A program made the position numbers and the translations under genes. Of a DNA stretch of 49,232 bases, positions 29,651-39,092 are shown one piece after another. The stretch is from the NCBI GenBank assembly GCA_045632605.1, contig JAZQXA010000061.1, forward strand, positions 1-49,232. The letters are read 5' to 3'. Under the pieces are notes generated by a model. That model was not told the DNA's origin, did not search any database, and saw only the letters and a program-made list of their open reading frames with translations. Numbering within the stretch: the first letter of the stretch is position 1; each line of letters starts with the position of its first letter. This DNA comes from Candidatus Flemingiibacterium sp. (lineage in GTDB: Bacteria; Bacillota; Clostridia; Oscillospirales; CAG-272).

Positions 29651-31654
29651 TTACTTAAGTTCATCAAGTGATTTGATTTCGATACCGGTAAAGTATTTCG
29701 GAAGAATTTCCTCGGCGGAATATCCCAGGTCAGCGAGGTCACGAACTCCGATTTGCGAGAGTCCGACACCGTGTCCCCAACCTTTTCCGACGAAGATAAA
29801 GTTACCGGAGTTGCTTGCTTTAACGGTAACTGTTTCGGTTGTCGATGATGTACCGACAAGCTTTGATTTACCGTTTGAAGAGATATAATATGCATCTTCG
29901 AGCGCAACTTCTGAATTTCCCGAAGCGGTAAGCACAGTTGCTGTTGTAAGCTCACCGGCAGGGTATGATACGGAAGCTGTGTTTATATTCAAATTGTCAA
30001 GCGAATGATTAAAGAATGTCGTCTGATCAGCTTCAACCTCCCCCTTGCCAACGACAAAGTTTGCACTGTTTACATATTTTGAAAGTGCCAGACGAACCTT
30101 TTCGCAGGTTTTTACCGTTACGTTTGTACCGTATGAATCGGTGAATGTAATTTCGCGTACATAGGTGGAATTTTCTGCAAGCTTATTTATGGTTATTGCT
30201 TTTATCTCACCGCGAAGGGAAGTGTAGCCTTTTGAGTTAAGATATGAGCAAAGCGCTGATGGCGATACTTCTGATGACCAGGCGCCCTCCGAATGGTTGG
30301 TATATATTTCCCACGGTGTCTGCACTGCAACAAGATAAGGTATATGCTGGAATCCCCATTCGTCATAGCTGCTGACCGTTACGCCGCCGGTGACTGCGCT
30401 GTAGTAGCCCTCAACGATTTTATCATCATATGTCATAACAAGTCCGGCTGTTTCTTCAACAGCCTGGTTTACTCGGTCATTTACTCTTGTCATTCCTCCG
30501 TAAACCTGACAGTGCTGTGAATTGCAGACATCAACCTGATATGCGGTTTCGTGTCTTACCTTTGCGAGAACAAAAGAGCGGACACATATGGAAAATGCCT
30601 TTTGTGCCTCGAGCGGCCATGACGGTGAAATTTCATATGAAATAACGCCCTTAACATAATCACCGAGTCTTATTACGTCGGTCAGTGAAACGCCGTCAAC
30701 TCCGTCTGAAATATACCGACGGAACATGAATGTGCCGGCATAAAGCTTCTTTGCAGGTGTAACAAGATATGCGATTTCGCCATCGGGAGAAGGTTTTGCG
30801 GTAAGTCCGAATGCGGTGATATCTTTATCGTCATATTCAAATAGAATTTTGTTGGTAAGCGGGTCAACAAGCGAAACAGCAGTTTTTGTGGGGGCGGCGA
30901 CGGAAATCGGAAAATCCGGCATAAGCTCAAGAAATTCTGCGACACATTCAGCAGCCGCGTCTTCGGTTGCAAACTGTCCTGCACGTACTCGGTAAGCTCC
31001 GTTTATGTAAGAGGGAATCGCGTATATTCCAAGCTGCTCAAAATATGTTGAGAGTCCGTTTATATACAGCTCGGTTTCCGAAAGTGTAAGATCGGTTTCG
31101 ATTTCGATATGCCAGCCGCCGACCACAGTCTTGGATGCATCCGCAGTTTTTAAAAATGTCATGCCGGTTTTTGAAAGATTTGAGTCGACTGTGCATGAAA
31201 CCTTTGTAAGTTCAATTTCCCAAAGCGGTTCGGATGAAAGATCGCCGGTGCGGTTTACTTTGTTTATAACAAATCCGTAAGGTGCGGTTGTTTCAAATCC
31301 GACGGTTACATTTGAGCCGTACATGAGTCCGACACGTACAAGTCTGTCATCGGGGAGGATTTCTTCCTGGATATCGTCATCGGGTAATTCGTCTGCAATA
31401 TCGTCAGACGGCGGTGTTACATCCGGAAAAAAGTCGGTTTTATCAGTGGTATCGGCGGGAGATTCTTTATCAAGGTAATCCTCATCAAGGTAATCATCAT
31501 CAAAGTAATCCTTGTCAAACTCATCGAGTGCAAATGCTGGCTGGGCCAGATAATAAATAACTGTACTGAAGACTGAAATCAGCAGAAATATCACCATTGC
31601 CAGCGCCACAATACGGCGAAGCCTTTCCTGTTTGTTTTTCTTTTTATTCGACAA
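29651..31654 (-). CDS. Membrane-anchored SpoIID/LytB-domain lytic transglycosylase-like protein with SPOR-like segment
   Basis: N-terminal TM; YRVRAGQF; YVKGVISYEISPSWPLEAQKA; CNSQHCQVY; GKGWGHGVGLSQ; TTG start. Confidence 0.85.
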   Translation of the reverse strand: MSNKKKNKQERLRRIVALAMVIFLLISVFSTVIYYLAQPAFALDEFDKDYFDDDYLDEDYLDKESPADTTDKTDFFPDVTPPSDDIADELPDDDIQEEILPDDRLVRVGLMYGSNVTVGFETTAPYGFVINKVNRTGDLSSEPLWEIELTKVSCTVDSNLSKTGMTFLKTADASKTVVGGWHIEIETDLTLSETELYINGLSTYFEQLGIYAIPSYINGAYRVRAGQFATEDAAAECVAEFLELMPDFPISVAAPTKTAVSLVDPLTNKILFEYDDKDITAFGLTAKPSPDGEIAYLVTPAKKLYAGTFMFRRYISDGVDGVSLTDVIRLGDYVKGVISYEISPSWPLEAQKAFSICVRSFVLAKVRHETAYQVDVCNSQHCQVYGGMTRVNDRVNQAVEETAGLVMTYDDKIVEGYYSAVTGGVTVSSYDEWGFQHIPYLVAVQTPWEIYTNHSEGAWSSEVSPSALCSYLNSKGYTSLRGEIKAITINKLAENSTYVREITFTDSYGTNVTVKTCEKVRLALSKYVNSANFVVGKGEVEADQTTFFNHSLDNLNINTASVSYPAGELTTATVLTASGNSEVALEDAYYISSNGKSKLVGTSSTTETVTVKASNSGNFIFVGKGWGHGVGLSQIGVRDLADLGYSAEEILPKYFTGIEIKSLDELK
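31469..31513 (-). repeat. 15-bp coding tandem repeat x3 (acidic DYLD linker)
   Basis: ATCAAGGTAATCCTC / ATCAAGGTAATCATC / ATCAAAGTAATCCTT. Confidence 0.8.
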
Positions 31655-32216
31655 TCTTATAATCTCCTCTCACCATGACATAAGCATCACCGGAGGTAAT
31701 CTGTATTCCGCGTCCGTCATCGCCTCTGGGAACAAGCAAGCAGTGATAAAGCGGAACATTTACAGCATTAAGAAGCTCATCGCCGGTGGTAATGTCGTTA
31801 AGTCCGTTTGCTGTAATTGAAACGACAATTGCCGAACCGGTTCTGAGAATAATTTCGCAGGGTGACATGGCAAGGAGCTTCGAATTCTGAGTCAGATGAA
31901 CGACCTCGTACTGACCGAGTGCGCCTCCTTGGGGAGCTTCGGCAGAGTTGTTTTTTAACGATTCAATTTCTTCGTTTGCCGCAGTAAGGCTTTCCTGCAT
32001 TTTTGCTATTATATCAGTGGCTCCTGCGAGCTTTATTTCCAGTTCCTCAATTTTTTTGTCGTATTCGGCAATAACGACCTCGTTTATGTAAGAGAGCGAA
32101 ACCAGCGGATCCTCCTCCGGGTTATATGTAGCTTCGTCACCGTTCGCAAGAAGGGGAAGTGCTGAAAGAGTAAAAGAAAATGCCGCAGCAAGGGCAATTA
32201 TTTTTGTTTTGTTCAT
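31644..32216 (-). CDS. Secreted hypothetical protein with coiled coil, coupled to the SpoIID/LytB gene
   Basis: Signal peptide MNKTKIIALAAAF (ATG 32216 after AGGAG); DPLVSLSY, EIILRTG, LLVPRGDDGRGI; overlaps the downstream start. Confidence 0.75.
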   Translation of the reverse strand: MNKTKIIALAAAFSFTLSALPLLANGDEATYNPEEDPLVSLSYINEVVIAEYDKKIEELEIKLAGATDIIAKMQESLTAANEEIESLKNNSAEAPQGGALGQYEVVHLTQNSKLLAMSPCEIILRTGSAIVVSITANGLNDITTGDELLNAVNVPLYHCLLVPRGDDGRGIQITSGDAYVMVRGDYKIVE

Positions 32217-32402
32217 TGGCTTTATGCTCCTAAATATAAAAAATATAGTATACATATTATTTTACAATATTTTGACGAAAAATGCAATAGCGAACCGGGA
32301 AATAAAATGTGAATTTTATTACTTCAATGTTCTATTTACGAGTATAAGGAAAAATGCGGTAAATATTTTTAATATTATACTGTATATTTGTCAGTTTCAC
32401 TC

Positions 32403-32431
32403 TTGACCTGCCGGGTAAAATCTGATATAAT
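32403..32431 (+). promoter_or_regulatory. sigma-A promoter of purH
   Basis: TTGACC-17 nt-TATAAT with extended TG. Confidence 0.7.
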
Positions 32432-32465
32432 AATATATAAATAAATACATACGAGGTACAATACT

Positions 32466-34034
32466 ATGAAAAAACGCGCAATAATCAGTCTTACTGACAA
32501 AACCGGCGTTGTTGAGTTCGCACGTGAGCTTGATGCACTCGGTTATGAAATCCTTTCAACCGGAGGAACTTGGAAAGTAATCAACGAAGCCGGAGTTCCC
32601 GTAACTCAGGTTTCCGATGTTACCGGTTTCCCGGAATGTCTTGACGGACGTGTTAAGACTCTTCATCCCCTTATCCACGCCGGTATTCTCGCAATGAGAA
32701 GCAACCCCGAGCATATGGCTCAGATCGAAAAGCTCGGCGTTACTCCTATCGACATCGTTGCAATCAATCTTTATGCGTTCAAGGATACCATTCTTAAGCC
32801 CGGAGTAACCCGTGAGGATGCTATTGAAAATATCGATATCGGCGGTCCGACAATGCTTCGTGCAGCTGCAAAGAATTATCAGGATGTTTCTGTTATCGTT
32901 GACCCGGCTGACTATGCAACCGTTATCGACGAGCTGAAGGCTAACGGAAAGGTTTCGGTTGACACAAATCTCAAGCTCGCATACAAGGTATTCAACCACA
33001 CTGCGGCTTACGATACACTTATTCAGACATATCTCCGTAAGGAAACCGGTATGCCGATATTCCCCGAAAAGCTCTCCCTTACCTACGAAAAGGTTCAGGA
33101 TATGCGTTACGGCGAGAACCCCGGTCAGACTGCCGCATTCTACAAGGAAATCGGAAACGAGTTCGGCGGTACTCTTGCAGCTGCTGAACAGCTCCACGGC
33201 AAGGAACTCTCCTATAACAACATTAACGACACAAACGGTGCACTCGAGTGCCTCAAGGAATTTGACGAGCCCTGCGTTGTTGCAGTAAAGCACGCAAATC
33301 CCTGCGGTGTTGGTATCGGCGAGGATATTTACAAGGCATACATGAATGCTTACAATGCTGACCCGGTATCCATTTTTGGCGGCATCATCGCTTGCAACCG
33401 CAAGGTTGATGCGGAAACCGCAACTGAAATCAACAAGATTTTCGTTGAAATCGTTATCGCTCCCGACTTCGATGCCGATGCACTCGAAATTCTTGAAAAG
33501 AAAGCTAACATCCGTATTCTCCGTCTGACCGAGATTACCAAGCCCAACACAAAGGATATGCTCGACATGAAGCGTGTTGCCGGCGGTCTTCTCGTTCAGG
33601 AACGCGATATCGGTATTTACGATGATGCAGAACTTAAGGTTGTTACCGAAAAGGCTCCCACAGCAGAACAGCTTGTTGACCTCAAGTTCGCTATGAAGGT
33701 TGTTAAGCACACAAAGAGCAACGCTATCGTTCTTGCAAAGAACGGTATCACAACCGGTATCGGCCCTGGTCAGACCAACCGTATTACCGCTCTCGATCTT
33801 GCTATTCGCTATGCGAACACTCTTGAGGGTGCAGAGCCTAACCGTGCGGCAGGTTCGGTAATGGCTTCCGATGCATTCTTCCCGTTCTCTGACTGTGTTG
33901 AAGCGGCTCACAAGGCAGGAATCACTGCTATCATTCAGCCCGGCGGATCTATCCGTGACCAGGAATCCATCGACGCCTGCAACAAGTACGGTATCGCAAT
34001 GGTGTTCACCGGTCAGCGTCATTTCAAGCACTAA
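32466..34034 (+). CDS. purH: Bifunctional AICAR transformylase / IMP cyclohydrolase
   Basis: [50 protein letters not shown]. Confidence 0.99.
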   Translation: MKKRAIISLTDKTGVVEFARELDALGYEILSTGGTWKVINEAGVPVTQVSDVTGFPECLDGRVKTLHPLIHAGILAMRSNPEHMAQIEKLGVTPIDIVAINLYAFKDTILKPGVTREDAIENIDIGGPTMLRAAAKNYQDVSVIVDPADYATVIDELKANGKVSVDTNLKLAYKVFNHTAAYDTLIQTYLRKETGMPIFPEKLSLTYEKVQDMRYGENPGQTAAFYKEIGNEFGGTLAAAEQLHGKELSYNNINDTNGALECLKEFDEPCVVAVKHANPCGVGIGEDIYKAYMNAYNADPVSIFGGIIACNRKVDAETATEINKIFVEIVIAPDFDADALEILEKKANIRILRLTEITKPNTKDMLDMKRVAGGLLVQERDIGIYDDAELKVVTEKAPTAEQLVDLKFAMKVVKHTKSNAIVLAKNGITTGIGPGQTNRITALDLAIRYANTLEGAEPNRAAGSVMASDAFFPFSDCVEAAHKAGITAIIQPGGSIRDQESIDACNKYGIAMVFTGQRHFKH

Positions 34035-34099
34035 TATAGTATTTATGCAGGAAATCCCATATATTTTTATGGGGTTTCCGCTTTTATTGAGGGGTAAAA

Positions 34100-35761
34100 A
34101 TGAGTGTAAAGAAAATGCGGTCATTTATCTCGCGTTTTGGCAGATATGAAGATAAGCGCGGATTCTTTCTGATATCGCTGCTTTTTGCGGCGGCAGTTAT
34201 AATACGTGCTGTTTCTGCAGGATTTGAGTATCTTCCGATTCTTGATGATTCCATACAGTATATAAACTATCAGAGTGCCGGGAATCTTTTCGGTATAATA
34301 AAAGAGCAGGGGCTCTTTGCCTCACGTCCGCTTGCGGCGGTGATTGACCTTTTCTTTGTCGGAAAGATGAACGGATGCCTGATTTTGCCGGTTATTGTTT
34401 TTTCCGCAATGCACGGTGTAGCAGGTGTGCTGTTTATGCGTCTATTCAAAAAAATATGGGGTACGGGAATTGGGTTTGCAGTTGTTTACGCTTTGCTGCC
34501 TCTTGGCGTTGAGGGAACATATTGGCTTTCTGCTTCCTCACGTATTGTTGTCGGTTTGTTTTTTTTCGCTGTGGCGGCGAATCTCCTCGAAGATTTTATC
34601 GAATACGGAGACTGGCGACGATTGGGTGGCTTCTGCGTTTCTGCTCTGATTTCGTACGGATTCTATGAGCAGATTCTTGTTGTTTCTTTTACATTCAGTA
34701 TACTTCAGTTCTTGCGTTGTATACTGAAAAATCGCCGTGCTGCTGCCGGACTTATCTCAATTCCTCTTGTGGTGATATACTTTATATTTACTAATCTTAA
34801 CTCAAGTGACAGTGCGCTCGGCTCGCGAATGACAATTGCACTTCCGAACTCTCCTTGGTATTTTGACACTTTTTTACCTGATGTGCTGGGGCAGATTAAA
34901 ACTGCATTTTTAGGCGGCGGATTTTATACGCTCGTTAGGGGATTCTTGCGTGGAATTTCCATGTGTCTTTCAGATTTCGGCGGAATAATATATATTATTG
35001 CCGCTCTCGGCATCGGTGCAGCTGTTTACTTTATCACTCCAAATTCAATTAAAGAGAAGCTGAAAAGACAACGCAGAGGTGCGCTTATATGGGGTATTCT
35101 ATTGCTTCTTGCTCCTATAACACCGTTTCTTGTTATCGGAAATCCGTGGGTTTCTATGCGAGCAACTGTGCCGTCGTTTATCGGCATTGCTCTTATTGCA
35201 GATTTTTTTATGCATCTTTTATTCTGCCGTGAACGCATATATGCGTCTGTATGCGGCGTAATAGCGGCAATTTTCATGATTGCAGGTGCATCCGAGATTC
35301 GCGACTATCACGCTGTCGGTGAATATGACAATATTCTTGCAGAAAAACTGCTTGAAGTCTCGGACGAAATGTCAGGCAGAGTTGGATTACTTTGTCTTGA
35401 GGAACATCCAATTGACGGGCAGAATTTTTCATATCACGAGCATATCGGAAGCATTGGCGGCTCTGATTGGGCACTCCGCGGAAAGCTGACCGCAACAAAT
35501 CCCGATTGGGGGGGATTTTCACCCGTACCGCTTGCTGTAAATGAGGATTTTTTCTATAAGGCGTGGAATCAGAACACAAAGCGAATCAGCGGTTTTGATG
35601 AGATATGGCTATGGGACGACGAAGCGTTTACATTTACAAAAATGACAGCCGAAAAGCTTGACTCAGGTGAGCACGACTTTGAAATTTTCTTCCCCGACGG
35701 CACACCGTGGGGGCGTGTTACCGAAGAGGGGACATACGGCTATATTGAAATTTATAAATAA
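34100..35761 (+). CDS. Polytopic membrane protein, probable GT-C fold glycosyltransferase (GtrII-like)
   Basis: About 11 TM; ILDD after TM1, SRPL, YEQ, C-terminal soluble domain. Confidence 0.55.
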   Translation: MSVKKMRSFISRFGRYEDKRGFFLISLLFAAAVIIRAVSAGFEYLPILDDSIQYINYQSAGNLFGIIKEQGLFASRPLAAVIDLFFVGKMNGCLILPVIVFSAMHGVAGVLFMRLFKKIWGTGIGFAVVYALLPLGVEGTYWLSASSRIVVGLFFFAVAANLLEDFIEYGDWRRLGGFCVSALISYGFYEQILVVSFTFSILQFLRCILKNRRAAAGLISIPLVVIYFIFTNLNSSDSALGSRMTIALPNSPWYFDTFLPDVLGQIKTAFLGGGFYTLVRGFLRGISMCLSDFGGIIYIIAALGIGAAVYFITPNSIKEKLKRQRRGALIWGILLLLAPITPFLVIGNPWVSMRATVPSFIGIALIADFFMHLLFCRERIYASVCGVIAAIFMIAGASEIRDYHAVGEYDNILAEKLLEVSDEMSGRVGLLCLEEHPIDGQNFSYHEHIGSIGGSDWALRGKLTATNPDWGGFSPVPLAVNEDFFYKAWNQNTKRISGFDEIWLWDDEAFTFTKMTAEKLDSGEHDFEIFFPDGTPWGRVTEEGTYGYIEIYK

Positions 35762-35763
35762 AC

Positions 35764-35810
35764 AAATCCCGACAGGATAGGGGAATTTTCCTATCTGTCG
35801 GGATATTTTT
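35764..35810. terminator. Terminator between convergent genes
   Basis: Long ATCCCGACAGGATAGG/CCTATCTGTCGGGAT hairpin. Confidence 0.75.
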
Positions 35811-36717
35811 ATGCTTTCTTTACTGTTTTTTGCGTTGCGGCGGATATAACTGAAATCCACTTTTCAACTGTTTCATCCTCGGGAGCGGTTACAGAATCAA
35901 GCTCATATGTATAGCCAAGTTCGGTACATTTGTGGCTTCCGAGCGAGTGGTACGGCTCAACCTCAACGTGGTCAACTCCGGCAAGCTCATCTGCCAATTT
36001 TCCTATAGCGGTCAAGTGCTCCTCACGGTCATTATAGCCGGGAATTATCGGACAGCGCAGGACAATGCTTGCACCTGCTTCACTTGCACGGCGGAGATTT
36101 GCGAGTATGCGCTCGTTTGTAACGCCTGTGTATTTTTTATGTAGGTCTGAATCGGTTTCTTTTACGTCCCAGAGAAAGATGTCAACATGTGGAAGTATAG
36201 CCTCAATTTCCGCCCATTTTACATGACCGCAGGTTTCGATGCAGGTGTGAAGTCCTGCTTCTTTGGCGGCTTTGAGAAGCTCGTATGTAAAGTGCGGATG
36301 TGCAAGCGGTTCACCGCCGGAAACGGTCATTCCACCGCCGGAATTTTTGTAAAAGCTTTCGTCCTTTTTGACCTCCGCAAGAATTTCTTCAATAGTCATT
36401 TCCTTGCCGCACATTTCAAGTGCGCCGACGCACATTTCAGTGCATTTGCCGCACGCTATGCAGCGATTTCGGTCAATTATATGCTTGCCGTCGGAAATTC
36501 CGTGAAGCCCTAGCGGACAGCGTTTTATGCATTCGCCACAGCCGATACAGCGACTTTCATCGAGCATAAGCTGCTTTTTTGGTGACTTGGATTCAGGATT
36601 GTGACACCAAAGGCAGTTGAGCATACAGCCTTTGAGAAAAACGGTGGTACGGATGCCCGGACCGTCGTTTACGCAGAATTTTTGTATATTAAAAACACAG
36701 CACTTTTCGTTGTTCAT
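35809..36717 (-). CDS. Glycyl-radical enzyme activating protein (radical SAM with 2x[4Fe-4S] insert)
   Basis: DGPGIRTTVFLKGCMLNCLWCHNPES; CIGCGEC...CP and CIACGKC; GGGMTVSGGEP. Confidence 0.93.
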   Translation of the reverse strand: MNNEKCCVFNIQKFCVNDGPGIRTTVFLKGCMLNCLWCHNPESKSPKKQLMLDESRCIGCGECIKRCPLGLHGISDGKHIIDRNRCIACGKCTEMCVGALEMCGKEMTIEEILAEVKKDESFYKNSGGGMTVSGGEPLAHPHFTYELLKAAKEAGLHTCIETCGHVKWAEIEAILPHVDIFLWDVKETDSDLHKKYTGVTNERILANLRRASEAGASIVLRCPIIPGYNDREEHLTAIGKLADELAGVDHVEVEPYHSLGSHKCTELGYTYELDSVTAPEDETVEKWISVISAATQKTVKKA

Positions 36718-36753
36718 TTCTTTTCCTCGTTTGGATGTTTAGGTTTTCACTCA

Positions 36754-36782
36754 ATTATACCAAACATATCCGAAATTGTCAA
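36754..36782 (-). promoter_or_regulatory. Consensus sigma-A promoter of the activating-enzyme gene
   Basis: Minus strand TTGACA-17 nt-TATAAT with extended TG. Confidence 0.8.
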
Positions 36783-36926
36783 GAGCTATTGATACTGCAC
36801 ATGAAAGATAAAGAATTCTCGACATCGAAGACGAGCTTATATGTGTCGCGCTGAGTGCCTGGTTTTGGGAACGTTTGTTTCTTCTATTCTCGAAACAAAG
36901 GCGTGCCTTTGGGCACGCCATATCCT

Positions 36927-37712
36927 TTACATATCCTTTTTTATCCGCTCGAGCGCAGCTTTTTCGATGCGTGAAACCTGCGCTTGAGATATGCCGATTT
37001 CACTTGCAATTTCCATCTGCGTGCGTCCCTTGAAGTAACGAAGCTCGATGATGTTTTTTTCGCGTTCAGAAAGCCGCTTCATCGCCTCACGCAGAGCGAT
37101 ATCTTCAAGCCATGATTCATCTGTATTATTATTGTCACTTATCTGGTCCATAATATAAATCGAATCTCCTCCGTCCGTGAATACCGGCTCATATAGACTA
37201 ACCGGCTCGACGATTGCTTCAAGTGCCGCTCCAACTTCCTCCTTACTAACCTCGAGCAATTTTGCTATGTCTTCAAGCGATGGTTCACGGTCGAGAGTAC
37301 TCGTTAGCTGCTCGCGTGCCTGAAGTGCGCGGTATGCAAGGTCACGCACAGACCTGCTGACTCTAACCATGTTGTTATCGCGAAGATACCGCCGTATTTC
37401 TCCGATTATCATCGGAACGGCATAAGTCGAAAATTTAACGTCAAGCGTGAGGTCAAAATTATCCACTGCTTTTATCAGTCCAATGCATCCGACCTGAAAT
37501 AAATCGTCAAGATTCTCACCGCGTCCCGTAAAACGCTGTATAATCGACAAAACCAAACGCAGATTGCCATTTATCAGTTCTTCTCTGGCGAAGGTGTCAC
37601 CACTTCTTGCCTTAACAAGAAGCTCATGCTTTTCCTCTGAAGAAAGTGTCTTTAAATTTGAGGTATTAACGCCGCAGATTTCAACCTTGCGGCTGTAGGT
37701 TGATGACTTCAT
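36927..37712 (-). CDS. sigG: Late forespore sigma factor G
   Basis: KVEICGVNTS.L, GNLRLVLS, DDLFQVGCIGL, RRYLRDNN, QAQVSR. Confidence 0.97.
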   Translation of the reverse strand: MKSSTYSRKVEICGVNTSNLKTLSSEEKHELLVKARSGDTFAREELINGNLRLVLSIIQRFTGRGENLDDLFQVGCIGLIKAVDNFDLTLDVKFSTYAVPMIIGEIRRYLRDNNMVRVSRSVRDLAYRALQAREQLTSTLDREPSLEDIAKLLEVSKEEVGAALEAIVEPVSLYEPVFTDGGDSIYIMDQISDNNNTDESWLEDIALREAMKRLSEREKNIIELRYFKGRTQMEIASEIGISQAQVSRIEKAALERIKKDM

Positions 37713-37748
37713 AACATACGTTGCCTTTCGTACCTAAGTTTCCATAGG

Positions 37749-37779
37749 TAGTATTGCCATTTGCCGTTAGGCGTTATGC
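37749..37779 (-). promoter_or_regulatory. sigma-F/sigma-G-type promoter of sigG
   Basis: Minus strand GCATA-16 nt-GGCAATACTA. Confidence 0.7.
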
Positions 37780-37812
37780 AGTCACAAATTTGTATTCTTT
37801 TGGCAGTTTATG

Positions 37813-37850
37813 AAAAAAGAATCGCTCTCCGTTTTTGGAAAGCGATTCTT
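37813..37850 (-). terminator. Terminator separating the DUF4317 gene from sigG
   Basis: AAGAATCGCT/AGCGATTCTT stem plus T run on the minus strand. Confidence 0.8.
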
Positions 37851-37853
37851 GAT

Positions 37854-38987
37854 TTATTCGTCTTTTATATCGACATATACGCCGTTAACCGTTACATCAG
37901 CATCAGCGCGTATCAGAACATATTTTACGCCGTCAATGATGCGTGTTTCAACGAGGTCGCCTCGTTCGGGATTGACCTTTATCATAACATCCGGAGTTTT
38001 AATCTCAAGCTTTTTGGGTTCAATAATATTTCTCGGATGAATCGGAGCACACGAACCGTATTCCTCGTCACAACGGGTTTTAAACTCGTCAATTTTCTGT
38101 TCGGAAACACCGCAGCTCTCGAGTACAGAAGCAATTTCAGTTCGTGTTATTGTAAGCGGTTCTTGCTCTTTTAAAAGTTTGTGTTCTTCGATACGCTGTG
38201 CAATATCGTCATGCACTGCCTGAACAACTTCATATGTGCATTCTTTGCCGAGGGTGTTTCCAAGCATTGCCTCGAAAATAACCTTTTGTTCTCCGGCAGG
38301 CAAGGGAAGCGAGGTTTTAAAAAGATTATTGGCAAAGCTCTCGCTGTTGTCGTCTGCATTTTTTACGTAATAGAGTGCGTTGTAGATGTTGGTTTGACGT
38401 CCGTCGAATGCAGGAAAGATAAATCCAAGCTCGGGGGCTGATACATTCCATTCGCAGGAGCGCGTGTGGAAGGACTTGTTAGTTGCATCGTAGGCGAGAG
38501 TGGATTTCGCTTCCTTAACGGGGCAGACTGCGCACATTATGTATGTGAACATCGAGGTTGATTCCTCGGATTCGCCGTCATCGCGGTGCTTCTTGGGGAC
38601 ATCATATGTATCTGTCATAAGAAGTATAAGGTTATTACCTTCAAGTGTCAAGCCTTCGGTTGCTTTATCGAAAAACTCTTTCGCCGCTTCGTCATCCTTG
38701 ATTCTGGTATTGCGGAGCTTTGAGAGGAGTGCGTGTTCTTCGCCGGATTCAACCTGCGGTATGGAAAAGGCGATATCGATGAGATTTTTTCCGTTTATGC
38801 CGGAGAGGGCACGCTTGAATATCGCGAGATACTTTTCACTTTCCTCCTGCGGCAGCATAAAGAACGGCGTGGAAAATTCATGAATTGTTTCACGCTTAGC
38901 ATTGATATAGCGTCCGCGAAGTGTGGTGATGTTATTTTTGTCGGTGACGAGTCTGCGGCGCAGCTCGGCAATTTCTCTGTCTGTCAT
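37854..38987 (-). CDS. DUF4317 family protein
   Basis: MTDREIAELRRR, ILLMTDTYDVP, CAVCPV, GFIFPAFDGRQTNIY, IDGVKYVLI..V.VNG; an in-frame upstream ATG exists at 39026. Confidence 0.8.
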   Translation of the reverse strand: MTDREIAELRRRLVTDKNNITTLRGRYINAKRETIHEFSTPFFMLPQEESEKYLAIFKRALSGINGKNLIDIAFSIPQVESGEEHALLSKLRNTRIKDDEAAKEFFDKATEGLTLEGNNLILLMTDTYDVPKKHRDDGESEESTSMFTYIMCAVCPVKEAKSTLAYDATNKSFHTRSCEWNVSAPELGFIFPAFDGRQTNIYNALYYVKNADDNSESFANNLFKTSLPLPAGEQKVIFEAMLGNTLGKECTYEVVQAVHDDIAQRIEEHKLLKEQEPLTITRTEIASVLESCGVSEQKIDEFKTRCDEEYGSCAPIHPRNIIEPKKLEIKTPDVMIKVNPERGDLVETRIIDGVKYVLIRADADVTVNGVYVDIKDE

Positions 38988-39017
38988 TTCTATAAAAACG
39001 GGGAAGCCCCCGACTCC

Positions 39018-39068
39018 TTTCGACATTTTGTGCCTAACTATTATACATCATCCAAATGTCGAAATCAA
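39018..39068 (-). promoter_or_regulatory. sigma-A promoter flanked by two Spo0A-box-like sites
   Basis: TTGATT-17-TATAAT on minus; perfect 11-bp inverted repeat TTTCGACATTT (39018-39028) / AAATGTCGAAA (39054-39064), each containing TGTCGAA. Confidence 0.55.
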
Positions 39069-39092
39069 GAAATAATTTGTAAATAGCGAAAT

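Noticed and set aside
32256-32465. ZTP or purine riboswitch before purH
   Set aside because: Promoter is about 35 bp from the ATG and the leader is AT-rich and unstructured
32556-34124. 522-aa antisense ORF over purH
   Set aside because: Mirror frame of a highly expressed gene with biased codons; no motifs, and purH is unambiguous
36783-36899. Unexplained ~115 bp with a 17-codon ORF (MKDKEFSTSKTSLYVSR) and a weak hairpin
   Set aside because: No SD, no recognisable motif; insufficient evidence
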